Shown here: positions 62,691-64,000 of the stretch, piece by piece
Layout: the number at the start of each line of letters is the position of its first letter
Numbering within the stretch: the first letter of the stretch is position 1
Origin: Nitrospirota bacterium
GTDB lineage: Bacteria; Nitrospirota; JACRHL01
DNA: 64,000 bases
Direction: 5' to 3'
Assembly (NCBI GenBank): GCA_016212085.1
Contig: JACRHL010000021.1
Location: 27,925 to 91,924, forward strand
Position numbers and translations under genes: made by a program
The notes under the pieces: generated by a model
What the model was told of the DNA's origin: nothing
Database searches by the model: none
Seen by the model: the letters and a program-made list of their open reading frames with translations, nothing else

Positions 62691-64000
62691 CTAGATCCGC
62701 CTCGGGTGGGCGGCGAACGGCCGGTACAGGGGGTCGCCGATGAGCACCATGCGCCACGACAGGTGCGGGATGGTGCGGTAGAAGGCCGTCACCAGCGGCT
62801 CCCCGGCCAGCAGTTCGGCAAAAAAGGCGCCCGGATCGGGAAAGGCGTCCAGGTACGGCTCGGCCACGGGCCCCAGGGTGGCGGCGGCGCCGGATTCGAG
62901 CATGCGCTTGCACCAGTTCTGGGCGGCCGGGTCGTGCAGGTGCTGGGCCTCCACGCTGGCGGCGTGATAGCCCACCGCGCCCCGCTTCCAGGTGAACACG
63001 GGCGCATACCTGCCCAGGGCATACCACCCCGCATAGAGCGCCGCGTCCGGCGCGCCGGCGAGCAGCTCGGGCCGGTCGTCCAGCACCACCGGCAGGGCGG
63101 CCGCCTGGAGGCGGGCGGCGGCCCGGCGCAGGCCGGCGTCGAAGCCGGCGTAGGGGCTGTCGCCGGTCTTGCCGCGCGCGTCGATGTAGGCGGTGCCGGA
63201 CAGGCCGTCCCGTTCCACGGCCACGGCGTCGTCCACTAGGCGCATGGCCACCTGGGGGGTGGGGCCGTCCAGCCGGGCCACGGGCACGATGGTGGCGCGC
63301 GGCGGGCCGATGCCCGGCGTGCGGTCGAACTCCGCCAGGAGCGGATTGGGCAGGCGCGCGGCGGTCTGGTGGGGCCCGCCCAGGGCCAGGGCCAGTTCGC
63401 TGTCCACGGCGGCGCCGTTCTCGTTGGCCGGGTCCACCCCCACCAGGCCGTTCCAGAACGACAGTTCCCCCAGCGCCCCCTTGTGGGCGCGGACGCGCTC
63501 CGCCAGCGCCGCCAGCCCCTCGGTGGGGATGCCCCGGAATTGCAGGTCGAGGGCCATGGCCGCCTCGTCCGTGCGCAGGCCGGCGCCGCCGGTGGCGCCG
63601 CGCAGGGCGGCGCGCAGGGTCCACACGGTGTCCTCGGCGCCCTGCATCTGGATGGCGGCGGCCAGGCGCGTGGCGGCGTGCTTGGCGCGCTCGCGGGAAA
63701 AGCGGATGAACTCGGCCTCCGGCAGGGCGGCCAGGTCCCGCGGCGCGTCGCCCAGGGCGGCCAGCAGCTCCGCCACCGCCCCGTTGGCGGCCTTTCTGGC
63801 CTGGTCGCGGCCCTTCTGGACGGTTTTCAGGAAGGCCCCGGTGCCGCCCGGCTCCTCGCCCTCCACGCGCAGGGGCACGCCGTAGGCCAGCAGCACCACG
63901 GGGGCGCGGCCCTGGGCCTTGAGCGCGTCCACCCGCTTGCGGATGGGGGCCACCATGTCCGGCAGGTCGCGCCGCGCCATGCGCTCGGCGTCGGGCACGG
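62691..64000 (-). CDS. TIGR03790-like protein (5' end outside window)
   Basis: YGVPLRV, AAVDSELAL, VARLDGP, LYAGWY, GAVGYHAAS, GPVAEPYL, IGDPLYRPF. Confidence 0.8.
   Translation of the reverse strand, partial: VPDAERMARRDLPDMVAPIRKRVDALKAQGRAPVVLLAYGVPLRVEGEEPGGTGAFLKTVQKGRDQARKAANGAVAELLAALGDAPRDLAALPEAEFIRFSRERAKHAATRLAAAIQMQGAEDTVWTLRAALRGATGGAGLRTDEAAMALDLQFRGIPTEGLAALAERVRAHKGALGELSFWNGLVGVDPANENGAAVDSELALALGGPHQTAARLPNPLLAEFDRTPGIGPPRATIVPVARLDGPTPQVAMRLVDDAVAVERDGLSGTAYIDARGKTGDSPYAGFDAGLRRAAARLQAAALPVVLDDRPELLAGAPDAALYAGWYALGRYAPVFTWKRGAVGYHAASVEAQHLHDPAAQNWCKRMLESGAAATLGPVAEPYLDAFPDPGAFFAELLAGEPLVTAFYRTIPHLSWRMVLIGDPLYRPFAAHPRRI

Overview
High-GC (roughly 70% by eye) Gram-negative bacterial chromosome segment. 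Left to right: the end of an EAL phosphodiesterase; a T2SS/MSHA-like type IV filament operon (864-10333); a complete phoBR-porin-pstSCAB-phoU locus (10642-18294); a mixed region with four stand-alone PilZ genes (one broken by a 268-bp MITE), DmpA and M48 peptidases, arfB, a globin, PagL, FIST, a J-domain protein, dodecin and a 1-Cys peroxiredoxin; a hybrid kinase, an O-GlcNAc-transferase-like TPR protein and a four-gene two-component cluster; then an accessory region (48.6-62.2 kb). The best candidate for an undescribed system is in that last region: podovirus/P22-like packaging genes (TerS, TerL, portal) with no capsid, tail or integrase in the window, split into three units that all carry the same upstream CAGAAACGC repeat motif, plus two otherwise dissimilar proteins sharing IADETP at residues 26-31, each followed by a convergent partner gene. 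Other notable signals are twin 77-78 nt structured RNA candidates (27680-27923), three tiny C-x12-LIL membrane peptides, and a 143-166 bp MITE family with 4-bp target duplications that hit one gene three times. All calls come from reading the sequence and recalling motifs; no searches were run.
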